In this document: positions 50,601-62,082 of the stretch, in pieces
How positions within the stretch are numbered: the first letter of the stretch is position 1
Layout of the letters: every line of letters starts with the position of its first letter
Assembly: GCA_002308075.1 (NCBI GenBank)
Contig: DBUU01000114.1
Location: forward strand, 24,552-88,551
Origin: Alteromonadaceae bacterium UBA1282
GTDB taxonomy: Bacteria > Pseudomonadota > Gammaproteobacteria > Enterobacterales > Alteromonadaceae
Direction of reading: 5' to 3'
Length of the DNA: 64,000 nucleotides
Notes under the pieces: model-generated
The model's input: the letters and a program-made list of their open reading frames with translations, nothing else
What the model was told of the DNA's origin: nothing
Database searches by the model: none
Translations under genes and position numbers: made by a program

Positions 50601-51002
50601 AATAATCATGCAGCCTTAGTGTTGCATCATGCGCCAGGCTAACCGCGTTTCGCTTCAGCATATCAAGCATTTTTTGTGTGAATCGAATTGCGACGAACCT
50701 GGCGCAGATACTAATTTCCTTTTTCACACATTAGCTGATTTCTCTCTTCCGAGCCTTAACTTCGTGCATGGCCCAATCTCTGTTCTATTATCTCGTAGTT
50801 GCTATACTGAACGTAAGGTTCGGAATAATTCCTTTAAAGCTTGCTTGGCTTTAAAATCTATCTGAGTAGCTCTGTGTGTTTTGCTAGAAGCTAATCTGAT
50901 TGGTACAGGACCTATGTGTTATGGTTTGTATAATTAATTAGGTTTTTCGAACCGCGGCCGATAAAACGCCAAGAGGCGACGAGTTAGCTGGAAGAATGTG
51001 AT

Positions 51003-51635
51003 ATGCAGAACAAAGGTGGTTTATTACTGATGCTCTCAGTCCTGTGGCTGGGAGACGGTAGCGCAGTGCAGGCGCAGGAGATTAAAGCGGTACAGCTTTA
51101 TACTCAGGACGAGCTGATCAACATGATCAACCGTAACGAGCATCTCGACCGGGTGGTGATAGATCGCTGTCAGTTAAATCAGGATATTGAAGCCCGGGCA
51201 GAAGTCCTCAAAGTACCTGCCTATCAGTTTTTATGGGGCGATATGCTGGCCTGGGGTGTTTGTGTTGAAGCCGACCCGGAACGAGGCGTTGACTTTATGC
51301 GTCAGGCCGCCGACCAGGGACTGCCGGCCGCACTTGAGCAACTTGGTCGCTATTACAGCAAAGGCACGCTGGTGCAGCAAGACCGCAAACGGGCGGTGAT
51401 ATTTCTGCGCGAAGCCTCAGCACTGGGAAACCTGAAAGCTCAGATGCAACTGGCCGAACTGTTTATCGACGGTTACGGCTCTCCCTATGATTATCAGGAT
51501 GCTTATCAGTGGTTGTACAACGCCGTTACGGCAGATAAGCAAACTCATCAAACTATTGCTACCTATCTGAAAGAGCTTGAAAAGCTTATGCATCCCCGGG
51601 CAGTGAGGGCCGCGCGAACTCCCCTCGATTCATAA
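51003..51635 (+). CDS. motX: Sodium-type flagellar motor protein MotX (Sel1-like repeats)
   Basis: CQLNQDIEARA, PAYQFLWGDMLAWGVCV, GYGSPYDY. Confidence 0.85.
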   Translation: MQNKGGLLLMLSVLWLGDGSAVQAQEIKAVQLYTQDELINMINRNEHLDRVVIDRCQLNQDIEARAEVLKVPAYQFLWGDMLAWGVCVEADPERGVDFMRQAADQGLPAALEQLGRYYSKGTLVQQDRKRAVIFLREASALGNLKAQMQLAELFIDGYGSPYDYQDAYQWLYNAVTADKQTHQTIATYLKELEKLMHPRAVRAARTPLDS

Positions 51636-51738
51636 TCCCGATGCAGGTTTGAGCCAGTAAAAGAAACTGCCGCAGTGCAGTTGGTTTCCTGTATACTTCA
51701 ACAAAATCATAGAATTAAATGATATTTGGAATAGGGCA

Positions 51739-52809
51739 GTGCAGGTAAACCAACAGGAAATCGATGCCGTTGAAGCAAAGCTTAATGGGCAACATGGATT
51801 AAAAGCGGCGCTGGCCGTGGCATTCTGGTCGGTACCCATTCTGGTACTATGGTACTGGCTTTATTTGTATGACGACCGCTTCGCACCGATTATGCTGGCA
51901 TTAAGCGGCGCGGCAATTGGAATTGTGGTGCGGTTCTACGGCCGTGGTTATCAACTTTCCTTCGCTGTAATGGCATTTATGGCCCATCTTGCTGTGGTAG
52001 TGGCGGCTTTTATGTTTGGCCTCAGCCTCGGTGAGGGCCAATCGGTCCGGGCTTTTATTTTAGTGGGCCTGTACGGCGTTGGCGCCTGGTCGGCAGCCTA
52101 CATCGGCAGGTTAAGTATTCCCTTTGAGCAGCACAGGGCATTTTACGTCCTCACTGAAGAAGCCCCGCACGACAGTAGCAGGCGGCTGAGAAATCGTTGG
52201 TTTATCACTACGCCGCTGGCGCTTGCAGGGTGTTGCCTGACCCTCACCGTTTCTTTATTCGCTTTAACCGGTTTTGAGATTTTCCGCGCCACGCAATCCC
52301 ATCACGAAAGCCGGATGGCTGAGCGTGAAGCCTTTGAGGCACGGGCAATTGAGGTGACATCTGCCCACCTTGATACGCTGCCGACCGACGAAGCAATGCG
52401 TCACGCTTTTGCTTTTTTTGCCGGCCAGCTGCCAAACAAAAGTGGCAACCGCTACACCCATTATCCAAAGTCAGACTACAAAGCAAAGCGCGTCTTGTCT
52501 TACCTCAGCGAAGAGCGCGGTAATGTGAGGGCGAAGTTTATTCTGGGTCGGCTTACCTATAACGAGAACGGCTTAAGCCTGATCCAGCAAGCCGCCGACG
52601 AAGGCGATATTTATGCGAAGATCCATGTGGCATCGGAGTTTGGTTGTTATGGTGAGCCAGATAAAGCCAAACAGCTGCTTAATATGCTGGCGAAAACCAC
52701 CAATGATAAAAGTGCGCTGGATGAAATTTATTCGGTGTTAAGTGTAGGCTTTGAACAGATTTGTGCAGAATACCGGATCCCGGATTTTGCGCAGATGTAT
52801 ATTCGTTGA
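51739..52809 (+). CDS. Membrane protein with C-terminal Sel1/TPR-like region
   Basis: About five N-terminal TM helices, helical C-terminus AKFILGRL...QQAADEG. Confidence 0.7.
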   Translation: MQVNQQEIDAVEAKLNGQHGLKAALAVAFWSVPILVLWYWLYLYDDRFAPIMLALSGAAIGIVVRFYGRGYQLSFAVMAFMAHLAVVVAAFMFGLSLGEGQSVRAFILVGLYGVGAWSAAYIGRLSIPFEQHRAFYVLTEEAPHDSSRRLRNRWFITTPLALAGCCLTLTVSLFALTGFEIFRATQSHHESRMAEREAFEARAIEVTSAHLDTLPTDEAMRHAFAFFAGQLPNKSGNRYTHYPKSDYKAKRVLSYLSEERGNVRAKFILGRLTYNENGLSLIQQAADEGDIYAKIHVASEFGCYGEPDKAKQLLNMLAKTTNDKSALDEIYSVLSVGFEQICAEYRIPDFAQMYIR

Positions 52810-52826
52810 GTCTGTCATGATATCAA

Positions 52827-52850
52827 CAAAGGGCCGGTTGAGGCCCTTTG
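52827..52850. terminator. Terminator between convergent genes
   Basis: CAAAGGGCC-GGTTGA-GGCCCTTTG. Confidence 0.7.
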
Positions 52851-52860
52851 CGTAAAGTGC

Positions 52861-54540
52861 TTAATTGACAAACCGCTCGGTGTGGCGGGTGAAAACGGTG
52901 TAGTTTTCGTTGCTGATGTTACTTACATAGTGCCATTGGGTGGTGACCATGGAGAGGGTAAATGTCATGGTCATGTAGCCCCGCTCATGAAGATTGCAGT
53001 AACTGAGATCGTCAATTAACAGGGGCAAAGCATCGGCCAGTCGTTTAGCCTGTGCTGTGTTTAGCCCCAGATAATCTTCCATGCCGGGTGACGAAACGCT
53101 TGGCGTCGCATACTCCATAGCCACGGTCTCACCGCGGTTGTTAGTAAGCTTATTCACCCAGCCATTATGGGTATCCCCGGCAATTACCAGTAACGATTTT
53201 TGCGCATCCGAGAACATGCTGAGTACTTTGTCACGCTCTGCGGCATACCCATCCCAGGCATCCAGATTATAGGGGAGTTTGGTGGCTAAACGGGCCTGTT
53301 CTTCTTTGCTTAGGGTGGCGCCCGCCTCTTGTTTTTTTAGCAGGCTAAGCAAACTTTCAATGGCTCCGGCCACGGCTTCACGCTCGCTGGTCAGTACCTC
53401 AGCCGGATAATGCATTTTACCCATCAGAATTTGCTGCCCGAGCACCTGCCAACGGGCACTACTTTGCTTAACTTCATCGGCCAGCCAGTTAAACTGGGCG
53501 CTACCCAGCAATGTGCGATCCGGGTTATGCAGCGCCTGCATAAATGCTTTGCCGTCAAACTGGCCATCGGTTTGTTTATAGTCGGCCATATTAAGCTGCT
53601 TTTCACGACCAATTACGCGCGTATCCAGCATGTAAAGGTTGACCAGATTACCAAATTCAAAGCTGCGGTAAATCTGCGGATTATCATCGCCCATAGGGGG
53701 ACGAATGGGTAACCATTCGTAATAGGCCTGAATGGCTGCAGTGCGCCGGGCAAAAAAGTCACCCTCGTCGGCTGAATGGTTCTGTGCACCCGACATGTAG
53801 GTATCGTTAGCAATCTCGTGATCATCCCAGATAGCGATGAACGGTTTACGCTGATGCAGTAATTGCAGGCCGTTGTCCTGCCGGTAAGTTGCATAGCGAA
53901 GCCGGTAATCTTTAAGCGTTAGCAGCTCTCCTTCATTACCTGGCATAAAGTCACGGTCTATGGCTTCTGCGTTGGCCGTGGCATAACCGCCTTTCGGGTA
54001 TTCATAAATGTAATCGCCAAGGTGCAGCACTACATCAACTTCACTATCCTCAGCGGCTGCCCTGTAAGCATTGAAGTATCCGGCCGGATAATTAGCGCAG
54101 GAAAAAACCGCAAACTTCAGCTTATCAATAATGCCCGTCGCCAGAGTACTGGTGGTACCGGTTACAGAAGCGTTTTCACTGGTGAAAAAGCGGTAATAGA
54201 ACGACCTGCCTGCGGGTAAATCCTGAACATCAATTTTAACGGTAAAATCGTTGTTGCGCGTGGTTTTTGCTACGCCGTCGCGCAGCGGTGAATTAAAGTC
54301 CGGCGAGGTGGCAATTTGCCAGCGTACATAACCGCTGTCGTCAGTGTCGGCCGGTACGGCTCTGGTCCACAGGATCACGGCACTGGTGGTAGGATCGCCA
54401 CTGGCTACGCCATGGGTAAATTCAACGGCCGGGAAATATTCTTTGGTTTTGGGGGCCGAGGCACAACCGGTTAACTGGGTCGACAGAGTAAGACTACCGC
54501 CGAGTAAAGAAGAAAGTTTAATAAATCGTCGTCTGTCCAT
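52861..54540 (-). CDS. phoD: Alkaline phosphatase D, Tat-exported
   Basis: DRRRFIK twin-arginine signal at ATG 54540, HGVASGDP, HLGDYIYE, WDDHE, DAWDGY, GDTH. Confidence 0.93.
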   Translation of the reverse strand: MDRRRFIKLSSLLGGSLTLSTQLTGCASAPKTKEYFPAVEFTHGVASGDPTTSAVILWTRAVPADTDDSGYVRWQIATSPDFNSPLRDGVAKTTRNNDFTVKIDVQDLPAGRSFYYRFFTSENASVTGTTSTLATGIIDKLKFAVFSCANYPAGYFNAYRAAAEDSEVDVVLHLGDYIYEYPKGGYATANAEAIDRDFMPGNEGELLTLKDYRLRYATYRQDNGLQLLHQRKPFIAIWDDHEIANDTYMSGAQNHSADEGDFFARRTAAIQAYYEWLPIRPPMGDDNPQIYRSFEFGNLVNLYMLDTRVIGREKQLNMADYKQTDGQFDGKAFMQALHNPDRTLLGSAQFNWLADEVKQSSARWQVLGQQILMGKMHYPAEVLTSEREAVAGAIESLLSLLKKQEAGATLSKEEQARLATKLPYNLDAWDGYAAERDKVLSMFSDAQKSLLVIAGDTHNGWVNKLTNNRGETVAMEYATPSVSSPGMEDYLGLNTAQAKRLADALPLLIDDLSYCNLHERGYMTMTFTLSMVTTQWHYVSNISNENYTVFTRHTERFVN

Positions 54541-54692
54541 GGCGCTTTGATAACTGTAGGAAAAAGAATGCTCACTGTAGCGTAACTGGCGCAGCTTGCC
54601 TACCTTCTGTCGCCTGTCGTAATGCTTTTGCAATTTAACCGGAGCTGGACGATAGTTAGGATTACATTTTGGCTAATCAGTGAGGGCTGCAC

Positions 54693-55064
54693 ATGGAACT
54701 TGGCGCATTTTCGGTAAGCTTATCGGTAAAAGATATCCATACTTCAAAGGCATTTTACGAGAAACTCGGCTTTAGCGAGTCTGGCGGTGACATTAATCAG
54801 AACTGGCTGATTATGCGCAACGGCAAAAATGTTATCGGACTGTTCCAGGGCATGTTTGAGGGCAATGTGCTGACCTTTAATCCCGGTTGGGATCAGGACT
54901 GCCATCCCCTTGAGTCATTTACGTCGGTGCAGGAAATAGAATCAGCTCTGACCGATGCCGGTGTTATTCTGACCAAGAAAACCAAACCAGGATCTTCCGG
55001 GCCTGAAAGCATTGCCATGATCGATCCCGACGGTAACGCTATCTTAATAGACCAGCATGTCTGA
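54693..55064 (+). CDS. VOC/glyoxalase family protein
   Basis: SLSVKDI..SKAFYEKLGF, DPDGN. Confidence 0.85.
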   Translation: MELGAFSVSLSVKDIHTSKAFYEKLGFSESGGDINQNWLIMRNGKNVIGLFQGMFEGNVLTFNPGWDQDCHPLESFTSVQEIESALTDAGVILTKKTKPGSSGPESIAMIDPDGNAILIDQHV

Positions 55065-55269
55065 CTTGCGGTAAACAAAACTGCATATCAGGCCAGTAGC
55101 ATCGCTGACATATTTGTTTACAATCCTGTCTAACCGGTGACTGGCGCCTTGCGGCGCTTTTCTTTATGGTGTGCTGCGTGAAAATTCGTTCCGACAGTGC
55201 ATTATCAGGAGCCGGGTCGGTGTGAAAGTTTCAACTCACTATATTAACGCTGCATAAGGTAACATTTTA

Positions 55270-58140
55270 ATGAAAAAGCTTTTGATTGCAGGTGCGGTTT
55301 GTACTGCACTGCTTGGCGGATGTGCCACAGAAAAAGCTCAGGCGCCGGTCAGTCCGGTTGCTACGCCAGAGAGCGTAATGGTATCGCCTAACGACGACAG
55401 ACAGTACGATACTTTTACTTTGTCCAACCAATTAGAAGTGATGCTGGTGTCTGACCCGGCAGCCGAAAAATCGGCGGCATCACTGAGCGTAAGTGTAGGT
55501 TTGCTGCACGATCCGATGTCACAGCAAGGCATGGCGCACTATCTTGAGCATATGCTATTCCTGGGCACTGAGCGTTACCCGGATACCAAAGGGTATACCG
55601 AGTTTATGACCGCCAACGGTGGCCAGCATAATGCTTATACCTGGCTGGATATCACCAACTACATGTTTAAAATCAATAACGATGCCTACGGTGAAGCGCT
55701 GGATCGTTTTTCTGATTTCTTTAAGGCGCCCAAGCTTTACCCGGAGTATACCGACAAAGAGAAAAATGCGGTCAATGCGGAATGGTCTATGCGTCGCGAG
55801 ATGGATTACTTTGGTCAGTTTAAGCTGGCGCGGAGTCTGATGGGCGACCACCCGGCCAACCGCTTTCTGATTGGTAATCTGGAAACCCTCGGCGATAAGG
55901 AAGGCAGCAAACTGCACACCGAAACGGTGAACTTCTACGAGCGTTACTACTCGGCCAACATTATGAAGCTGGCGATGATCAGCAACCGTCCGCTGGACGA
56001 AATGAAAGCGCTGGCAGAAGAATACTTCGGCAATATTGAAAACAAGAACATCGACAACCCGACCGTTGACGATAAACTCGATTTTGCCAAAGTGGGCGGC
56101 AAGCGAATTCATTATGTACCCAATGAAGACGTTAAAAAACTCAACATCGACTTCACCATCAGTGATAACAGCGATGAGTTTGCCACCAAACCTAACCAGT
56201 TCTTAACCTACCTGATTGGCTCTGAAATGCCGGGCACGCCGGCTTATCAGTTAAAGGCCATGGGGCTGATTTCTAATCTGTCTGCCTCTGCGTCGCCGAA
56301 CATGTATGGTAACTACGGTTCGTTCAGCATCAACATCGATCTCACCGATGCCGGTATGCAAAACCGCGAAGCCATTGTGGCTGTGGTGATGCAGTATATC
56401 GACCTGATCCGTGAGCAAGGCGTAGACGAAAAATACTTCGGTGAAATTCAGACCAGCCTGAACAACCGTTTCCGTTTCCTGCAGAAGTCCGATGAATTTG
56501 GCTATGTGTCAAATCTGGCGGCAGCGATGCAGGAAGTACCGGCTAAGTTTGCGGTATCTTCGCCGTATTACTATGAATCCTTCGATGCTGAGGCTATCCA
56601 GGAAGTTCTGGCACAGTTAACGCCTGAGCGCGTTCGTATCTGGTATATCAGTAAAAATGAGCCATCAGACAGCCAGCTTCACTTCTACGACGGTAAATAT
56701 CAGGTTGATACCATTAGCGCAGAAGAAATTGCCAGCTGGCAGCAACCTGCGCAAATTGCGCTGAATTTACCGGCCGTCAATACGCTGTTACCGCAAGAGT
56801 TTACCCTGAAGCCGCAAACACCACAGGAAAAACCTGAGCTGGTGATTGATGAAAATGGCGTTAAGGTGTGGTCGTTCCCGAGTCAGGCATTTACTGAGCA
56901 ACCGCGCGGTGAAATGACCGTTTATATCAATTCAGGTGTGCCTGAGTCAGATGTTAAAGCTACGGTAATGACGGCCCTGTGGAAAGACTTGTACAGCCTG
57001 CAGCAAAGCGCACTGATGACCGAGGCCAGCATTGCCGGCATGTCGCTGCGCTTTAACGATGGTAACGGTATCAGTCTGGCCATTGGTGGTTTTACCGATA
57101 AACAGCCAGAGCTACTGACTAAAGCCCTTGATGCACTGGTAGTTGACGTTAACCAGCAGAACTTTGCCCAGGCAGTCGACCGCTACGTACGTGGTTTGCA
57201 GAATGCGGGCAAAAAATTCCCCTTCTATCAGGCATTTGATGCGTATAACAACCTGATCCGTGAAGGTAACTTCAATACTGACGCCCTTATCAGCGCGGCT
57301 GAGTCGTTAACGGTTGCCGATATGCAGGCGTTTATGCAGGCGCTGCTGAGTGAAAACCAGTTACGTATTTTTGCCTTTGGTAACTACGACAAGGCTGATC
57401 TGGACGACGCGGTAGCGTTAGTGAAAGGCGCTCTGCCGGATGATCGTACCAGCGTAGATTACGATATGCGTGAATTCTGGCAGCCACAGGCTGAACAGAC
57501 GCTGGTCTGGCAGCAGGATCTGAGTGTTGCCGATGTGGCACTGATTGATGTGATGGTTCACCCAACACCTGGTTTTGATACCCGGGCTGCTGGCACGGTA
57601 TTGCGTGGTCACTTCAGAACCGTCGCCTTTGACAAGCTGCGTACCGAAGAGCAACTGGCTTACGCGGTAGGCGGTATGGCAACCAGCATTGGTGACTATA
57701 CCGGTTTTGCCATGTTTATTCAGACCCCGGTTAAAGATGTAGCTGCTATGCAGGCCCGCTTCGATACCTTCAAAACAGAGTATCAGGAAGCGCTTAACGC
57801 ATTAACTGAAGACGAATTTGCCAAGTTAAAAACCAGTGCACTGGTGGCGCTGAAAGAAGCGCCAAAAAATATGCGCGACGAAGTGGTACCGTTTATTTCA
57901 GACTGGTATCGTGAGAAGTATGACTTCGACAGCAAGCAGAAACTCATTGCCGCGGTTGAGAAAGTGACCCTGGAAGATGTTAAGGCGTTTTACCAGCAAA
58001 CTATGCTTAACGACAACGCTGCGCGGATCTCTGTACAGCTGCGAGGTACCAGCTTTGTGGAACAACCTTTTGCAGATATCAAAGGGGCCACACAGGTTGA
58101 AGATCTGGCTGGCTTTCACGAGTCGATGAAAAAACAATAA
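55270..58140 (+). CDS. M16A insulinase/pitrilysin-like peptidase, lipoprotein
   Basis: Lipobox LGGC, inverted zinc motif HYLEH, LRTEEQLAY. Confidence 0.9.
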   Translation: MKKLLIAGAVCTALLGGCATEKAQAPVSPVATPESVMVSPNDDRQYDTFTLSNQLEVMLVSDPAAEKSAASLSVSVGLLHDPMSQQGMAHYLEHMLFLGTERYPDTKGYTEFMTANGGQHNAYTWLDITNYMFKINNDAYGEALDRFSDFFKAPKLYPEYTDKEKNAVNAEWSMRREMDYFGQFKLARSLMGDHPANRFLIGNLETLGDKEGSKLHTETVNFYERYYSANIMKLAMISNRPLDEMKALAEEYFGNIENKNIDNPTVDDKLDFAKVGGKRIHYVPNEDVKKLNIDFTISDNSDEFATKPNQFLTYLIGSEMPGTPAYQLKAMGLISNLSASASPNMYGNYGSFSINIDLTDAGMQNREAIVAVVMQYIDLIREQGVDEKYFGEIQTSLNNRFRFLQKSDEFGYVSNLAAAMQEVPAKFAVSSPYYYESFDAEAIQEVLAQLTPERVRIWYISKNEPSDSQLHFYDGKYQVDTISAEEIASWQQPAQIALNLPAVNTLLPQEFTLKPQTPQEKPELVIDENGVKVWSFPSQAFTEQPRGEMTVYINSGVPESDVKATVMTALWKDLYSLQQSALMTEASIAGMSLRFNDGNGISLAIGGFTDKQPELLTKALDALVVDVNQQNFAQAVDRYVRGLQNAGKKFPFYQAFDAYNNLIREGNFNTDALISAAESLTVADMQAFMQALLSENQLRIFAFGNYDKADLDDAVALVKGALPDDRTSVDYDMREFWQPQAEQTLVWQQDLSVADVALIDVMVHPTPGFDTRAAGTVLRGHFRTVAFDKLRTEEQLAYAVGGMATSIGDYTGFAMFIQTPVKDVAAMQARFDTFKTEYQEALNALTEDEFAKLKTSALVALKEAPKNMRDEVVPFISDWYREKYDFDSKQKLIAAVEKVTLEDVKAFYQQTMLNDNAARISVQLRGTSFVEQPFADIKGATQVEDLAGFHESMKKQ

Positions 58141-58169
58141 GCCACAAGCGCTTTACTGCAACACAATCA

Positions 58170-58198
58170 AAAACGGTGGCCTTTGCCACCGTTTTTTT
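58170..58198 (+). terminator. Rho-independent terminator
   Basis: AAAACGGTGGC-CTTT-GCCACCGTTTT plus T-run. Confidence 0.85.
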
Positions 58199-58310
58199 AT
58201 AGCGTCGTCCGTTATATACTGATGCCACTACAATTCTTATACGCAATTGAGTATTTAATGAGCCAGATTAGTATTATACTGGCAGCAATACATCAAACCA
58301 CAGAGTTTAT

Positions 58311-60698
58311 ATGACAGATGATCCGCACTACGAGCGGGAAAAAGCCAAGTACGAAAATCCGGTAGCAAGCCGCGAATATTTGCTGGAAACCCTTAAAGAG
58401 TATGGCAAACCCATGACCTTTATGGACATTTGCCAAAGCGTAAATGCCCAGGACGAAGACAGCCGGATTGGCATTCAACGACGCCTGCGTGCTATGGAGC
58501 GCGAGGGGCAAATTCAATTTACCAAACAAAAGCGGTATGCCGTTCTGCAACAGGAACAGCTCATCCGCGGGCGAATAATAGGTCACCGTGACGGTTACGG
58601 TTTCCTGCGCCCCGATGACAATTCCGGCGATTTGTTTATCAGTGCCGGGCAGATGCAAATGTTTATGCACGACGACAGGGTGGAAGCCCGTGAGAGCGGT
58701 ACAGACCGCCGTGGTCGTCGCGAAGCCTACATAAATCAGGTGATAGAGCCCCGTAAGGAGCCCATTGTTGGCCGGTATTTTACCGAACAGGGCATGGGGG
58801 TGGTTATTCCTGATGACAGCCGCATCAACTTTGAGATCATTATTCCACCAGAACACGCCCACGGTGCCAGACAAGGCAACGTGGTGGTGGTGGAAATTAC
58901 TCAGCGCCCCCGTCGGCGCGTTAGCCCGGTTGGCCGGATTATTGAAGTGCTCGGCGAGCATATGGCGCCGGGGATGGAAATTGAAATGGCCCTGCGCACC
59001 TTCGATATTCCCCATCAGTGGCCCAAAGGGGTTACCCGTCAGATTGAAGGGTTAACCGACAGTGTTAAGGAAGAAGACAAAACCGGCCGCGTTGACCTGC
59101 GTCAGTTACCACTGGTAACCATCGACGGTGAAGACGCAAGAGACTTCGACGACGCCGTATTCTGTGAGCCGCTGGATAACGGGGGCTGGCAGTTATGGGT
59201 CGCCATTGCTGATGTCAGTCAGTATGTGACGCCCGGCAGTGCGCTGGACGCCGAAGCGCTGGAGCGCGGTAACTCGGTGTACTTTCCTGAGCAGGTTATC
59301 CCCATGTTGCCGGAAGTGTTATCGAACGGTTTATGCTCACTGAATCCTGAGGTTGACCGGCTGTGCATGGTATGTGAAATGACCATCAGCCCGGCAGGTA
59401 AACTGGAGAATTACCAGTTTTACGAAGCGGTGATGAATTCTCACGCTCGCTTTACCTACAGCAAAGTGTGGCAGATTTTAAGCGGTAACAAAGAGCTGCA
59501 TCAGCGTTATGAAGAATTTGTGCCTCACCTGCGTCATTTACACGATCTGTATCGCGCACTTAAAAAAGCCCGTGCTCAGCGCGGTGCCATTGAGTTTGAA
59601 ACGCAGGAAAGTAAATTTGTTTTCAATGCCCAGCGCAAGATTGAAAACATCGTGCCCATTGAGCGTAACGATGCCCATAAGCTGATTGAAGAATGTATGA
59701 TCATGGCCAACGTTAGTGCGGCCTTGTACATTGAAAACAATAAAGCGCATTCACTGTTTCGCGTGCACGACAAGCCTGATGCGGACAGGCTGACCGCGTT
59801 TACCTCTTATCTGGGTGAAGTAGGGATCCCGCACAGCATTGTAGAGGGCGCCTCGCCGGCCGATTTTACTGCGGTGGTCAGCAAAACCCGTGGTCGCCCT
59901 GATCAGGAACTTATCCAGACCATGCTGCTGCGCTCCATGAAGCAGGCTATCTACGATGGCGATAACATCGGCCACTTCGGCCTGGCGCTCGATGCGTACG
60001 CTCATTTTACTTCGCCGATCCGACGTTATCCGGATCTGGTGGTACACAGAACGCTTAAATCGATCCTTAAAAAACAAGGGCAGACGGTTCATGGTGCCAA
60101 GTCATACAGCGAAGAGGAAGTCGAGCAGTTAGGCGAACAGTGTTCCATGACCGAACGCCGTGCCGATGATGCTACCCGGGACGTCAGCGACTGGCTCAAA
60201 TGCGAGTTTATGCAGGATCACGTGGGCGAAACCTTTGAAGGGGTAGTGAGCTCGGTAACCGGCTTTGGTATTTTCGTGCGCATCACCGAATATCATATCG
60301 ATGGTTTAGTGCATATTACCTCCCTCGACGATGACTACTATCGCTACGACGAAGTGAAGCAAACCCTTAGCGGCGAGAGCGGAGCCCGCCAGTACCGTTT
60401 AGGCGATCAACTGGAAGTAAAAGTAGCGGCCGTGAATCTGGATGAACGTAAAATCGATCTGGTGCTCGATAATAAGTGGTTGCGTTCCCAGGGCGGCAAA
60501 AAAGTCAAAGTGGTCAACAAGCGCAGTGGTGACGAAAAGCCTGCTGGCCGTCAGCGTCGTAATGTTAAAGACGGCGAGAAGAGCGGTGCGAAAAAATCAG
60601 GTAAATCACGACGTAAGCCAGCGGGGAAGTCTGGCAGTACAGCTAATAAGCGCGGTAGCTCCAAGAAGGGGCGACCGGCAAAAGGTAACAAAGGTTAA
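58311..60698 (+). CDS. rnr: Ribonuclease R
   Basis: [26 protein letters not shown]1 domain, basic tail; precedes rlmB. Confidence 0.97.
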   Translation: MTDDPHYEREKAKYENPVASREYLLETLKEYGKPMTFMDICQSVNAQDEDSRIGIQRRLRAMEREGQIQFTKQKRYAVLQQEQLIRGRIIGHRDGYGFLRPDDNSGDLFISAGQMQMFMHDDRVEARESGTDRRGRREAYINQVIEPRKEPIVGRYFTEQGMGVVIPDDSRINFEIIIPPEHAHGARQGNVVVVEITQRPRRRVSPVGRIIEVLGEHMAPGMEIEMALRTFDIPHQWPKGVTRQIEGLTDSVKEEDKTGRVDLRQLPLVTIDGEDARDFDDAVFCEPLDNGGWQLWVAIADVSQYVTPGSALDAEALERGNSVYFPEQVIPMLPEVLSNGLCSLNPEVDRLCMVCEMTISPAGKLENYQFYEAVMNSHARFTYSKVWQILSGNKELHQRYEEFVPHLRHLHDLYRALKKARAQRGAIEFETQESKFVFNAQRKIENIVPIERNDAHKLIEECMIMANVSAALYIENNKAHSLFRVHDKPDADRLTAFTSYLGEVGIPHSIVEGASPADFTAVVSKTRGRPDQELIQTMLLRSMKQAIYDGDNIGHFGLALDAYAHFTSPIRRYPDLVVHRTLKSILKKQGQTVHGAKSYSEEEVEQLGEQCSMTERRADDATRDVSDWLKCEFMQDHVGETFEGVVSSVTGFGIFVRITEYHIDGLVHITSLDDDYYRYDEVKQTLSGESGARQYRLGDQLEVKVAAVNLDERKIDLVLDNKWLRSQGGKKVKVVNKRSGDEKPAGRQRRNVKDGEKSGAKKSGKSRRKPAGKSGSTANKRGSSKKGRPAKGNKG

Positions 60699-61438
60699 TG
60701 GCACAGCAAGAATGGTTATACGGCCTGCACGCCATGCAGGCGGTAATTGAAAACGAACCTGAACGGTTAATTGAAATCTGGGTATTGAAAGGGCGTGATG
60801 ATGAGCGGTTGATTAATATTGTTAATCAGGCTCGTCGGTTTGGCGTCTCAGTGCAATTTTGCAACCGTAAAGTGCTCGACGATAAGGTTAAAGGTGAGCA
60901 GCACCAAGGCATAGTCGCCCGGGCGAAGCCAGCAAAAATCCTGGATGAAAGCGATTTGGACCGGCTGCTGGATTCAACCCCCGTGCCCTTGTTGCTGGTT
61001 CTGGATGGAGTGACCGATCCGCACAATATCGGTGCCTGCCTGCGTACCGCCGACGCGGCCGGTGCCCACGCACTGATAGTGCCTAAAGACAAGTCCGGCG
61101 GACTTACCGGCACGGCCCGTAAAGTCGCCTGTGGTGCCGCCGAAGTGGTGCCTTTTATACAGGTCACTAATCTGTCGCGAACCTTAAAACAGCTGCAGGA
61201 TAAAGGGGTTTGGGTAATTGGTACCGCCGGCGAAGCCGAGCAACTGATTTATGATTGCAAGCTAAGCGGCCCTATGGCGTTGGTGATGGGTGCCGAAGGC
61301 AAGGGCATGCGCCGGTTAACCCGCGAAACCTGTGACGAACTGGTAAAACTGCCCATGGCTGGCAGTGTATCCAGCTTAAATGTGTCGGTGGCTACCGGGG
61401 TGTGTTTATACGAGATTGTCCGCCAGCGTGGCCTTTAA
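60698..61438 (+). CDS. rlmB: 23S rRNA (Gm2251) methyltransferase
   Basis: [29 protein letters not shown]. Confidence 0.96.
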   Translation: MAQQEWLYGLHAMQAVIENEPERLIEIWVLKGRDDERLINIVNQARRFGVSVQFCNRKVLDDKVKGEQHQGIVARAKPAKILDESDLDRLLDSTPVPLLLVLDGVTDPHNIGACLRTADAAGAHALIVPKDKSGGLTGTARKVACGAAEVVPFIQVTNLSRTLKQLQDKGVWVIGTAGEAEQLIYDCKLSGPMALVMGAEGKGMRRLTRETCDELVKLPMAGSVSSLNVSVATGVCLYEIVRQRGL

Positions 61439-61449
61439 GGTAGTAAGCG

Positions 61450-62082
61450 ATGGAAAGCATAGCCCAGCTTGAACGTTGGATGACGGCCATTTCTGAGCCC
61501 CATATCGTGCTTGGCTATGGCAGTCTGATGAACAGTGACTCCCGGAGTCGTCATTCAGGGATTCCCCACGATGGCGTTGAAGTTGAGGTATTTGGTTTCG
61601 AGCGGGGCTGGATCACGCGCTCTGAACCCGAACTGCAAACCTACGTTGGCGCCTATCAGAAAAAAGATGGCTGGCTGAATGCGCAGCTTGTGCCTACCCA
61701 TCTCGATCCGGCGCTGCAAAAGCGTGAGCAGGACTACCGATTTACGCCGGTGACTATCGACCAGTTAAACTTTGAACTGGCTGACGACCTCACCGAGCGA
61801 TTGATTGAGTGGTTAAAGCTGCGCGATATCTGGATTTGCGAGTCGTTAAAGGTTGAGCCCTCAAGTGCTGATTATCCGGTTCATCAAAGCTATATCGACA
61901 CCTGTCTGGCCGGTTGCCTGGAGTTAGGCGGCGAAGCGGCCGTCCGGCGTTTTATAGCCTCAACCACAGGTTGGCAGCATCACCGGGTTAACGATCGCGA
62001 AGCGCCTCGCTACCCGCGGGCGGCAGTGGTCAACCCGGCTTACTTTGTGGTGTTCGATCAGTTGCTGGACAACCCGTCATGA
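61450..62082 (+). CDS. Gamma-glutamylcyclotransferase-like protein
   Basis: GYGSLM motif, L.KRE, QSYID. Confidence 0.75.
   Translation: MESIAQLERWMTAISEPHIVLGYGSLMNSDSRSRHSGIPHDGVEVEVFGFERGWITRSEPELQTYVGAYQKKDGWLNAQLVPTHLDPALQKREQDYRFTPVTIDQLNFELADDLTERLIEWLKLRDIWICESLKVEPSSADYPVHQSYIDTCLAGCLELGGEAAVRRFIASTTGWQHHRVNDREAPRYPRAAVVNPAYFVVFDQLLDNPS

Noticed and set aside
50629-50865. 78-aa ORF after the PEP-CTERM gene
   Set aside because: No RBS or motif; overlaps a hairpin in an AT-rich spacer
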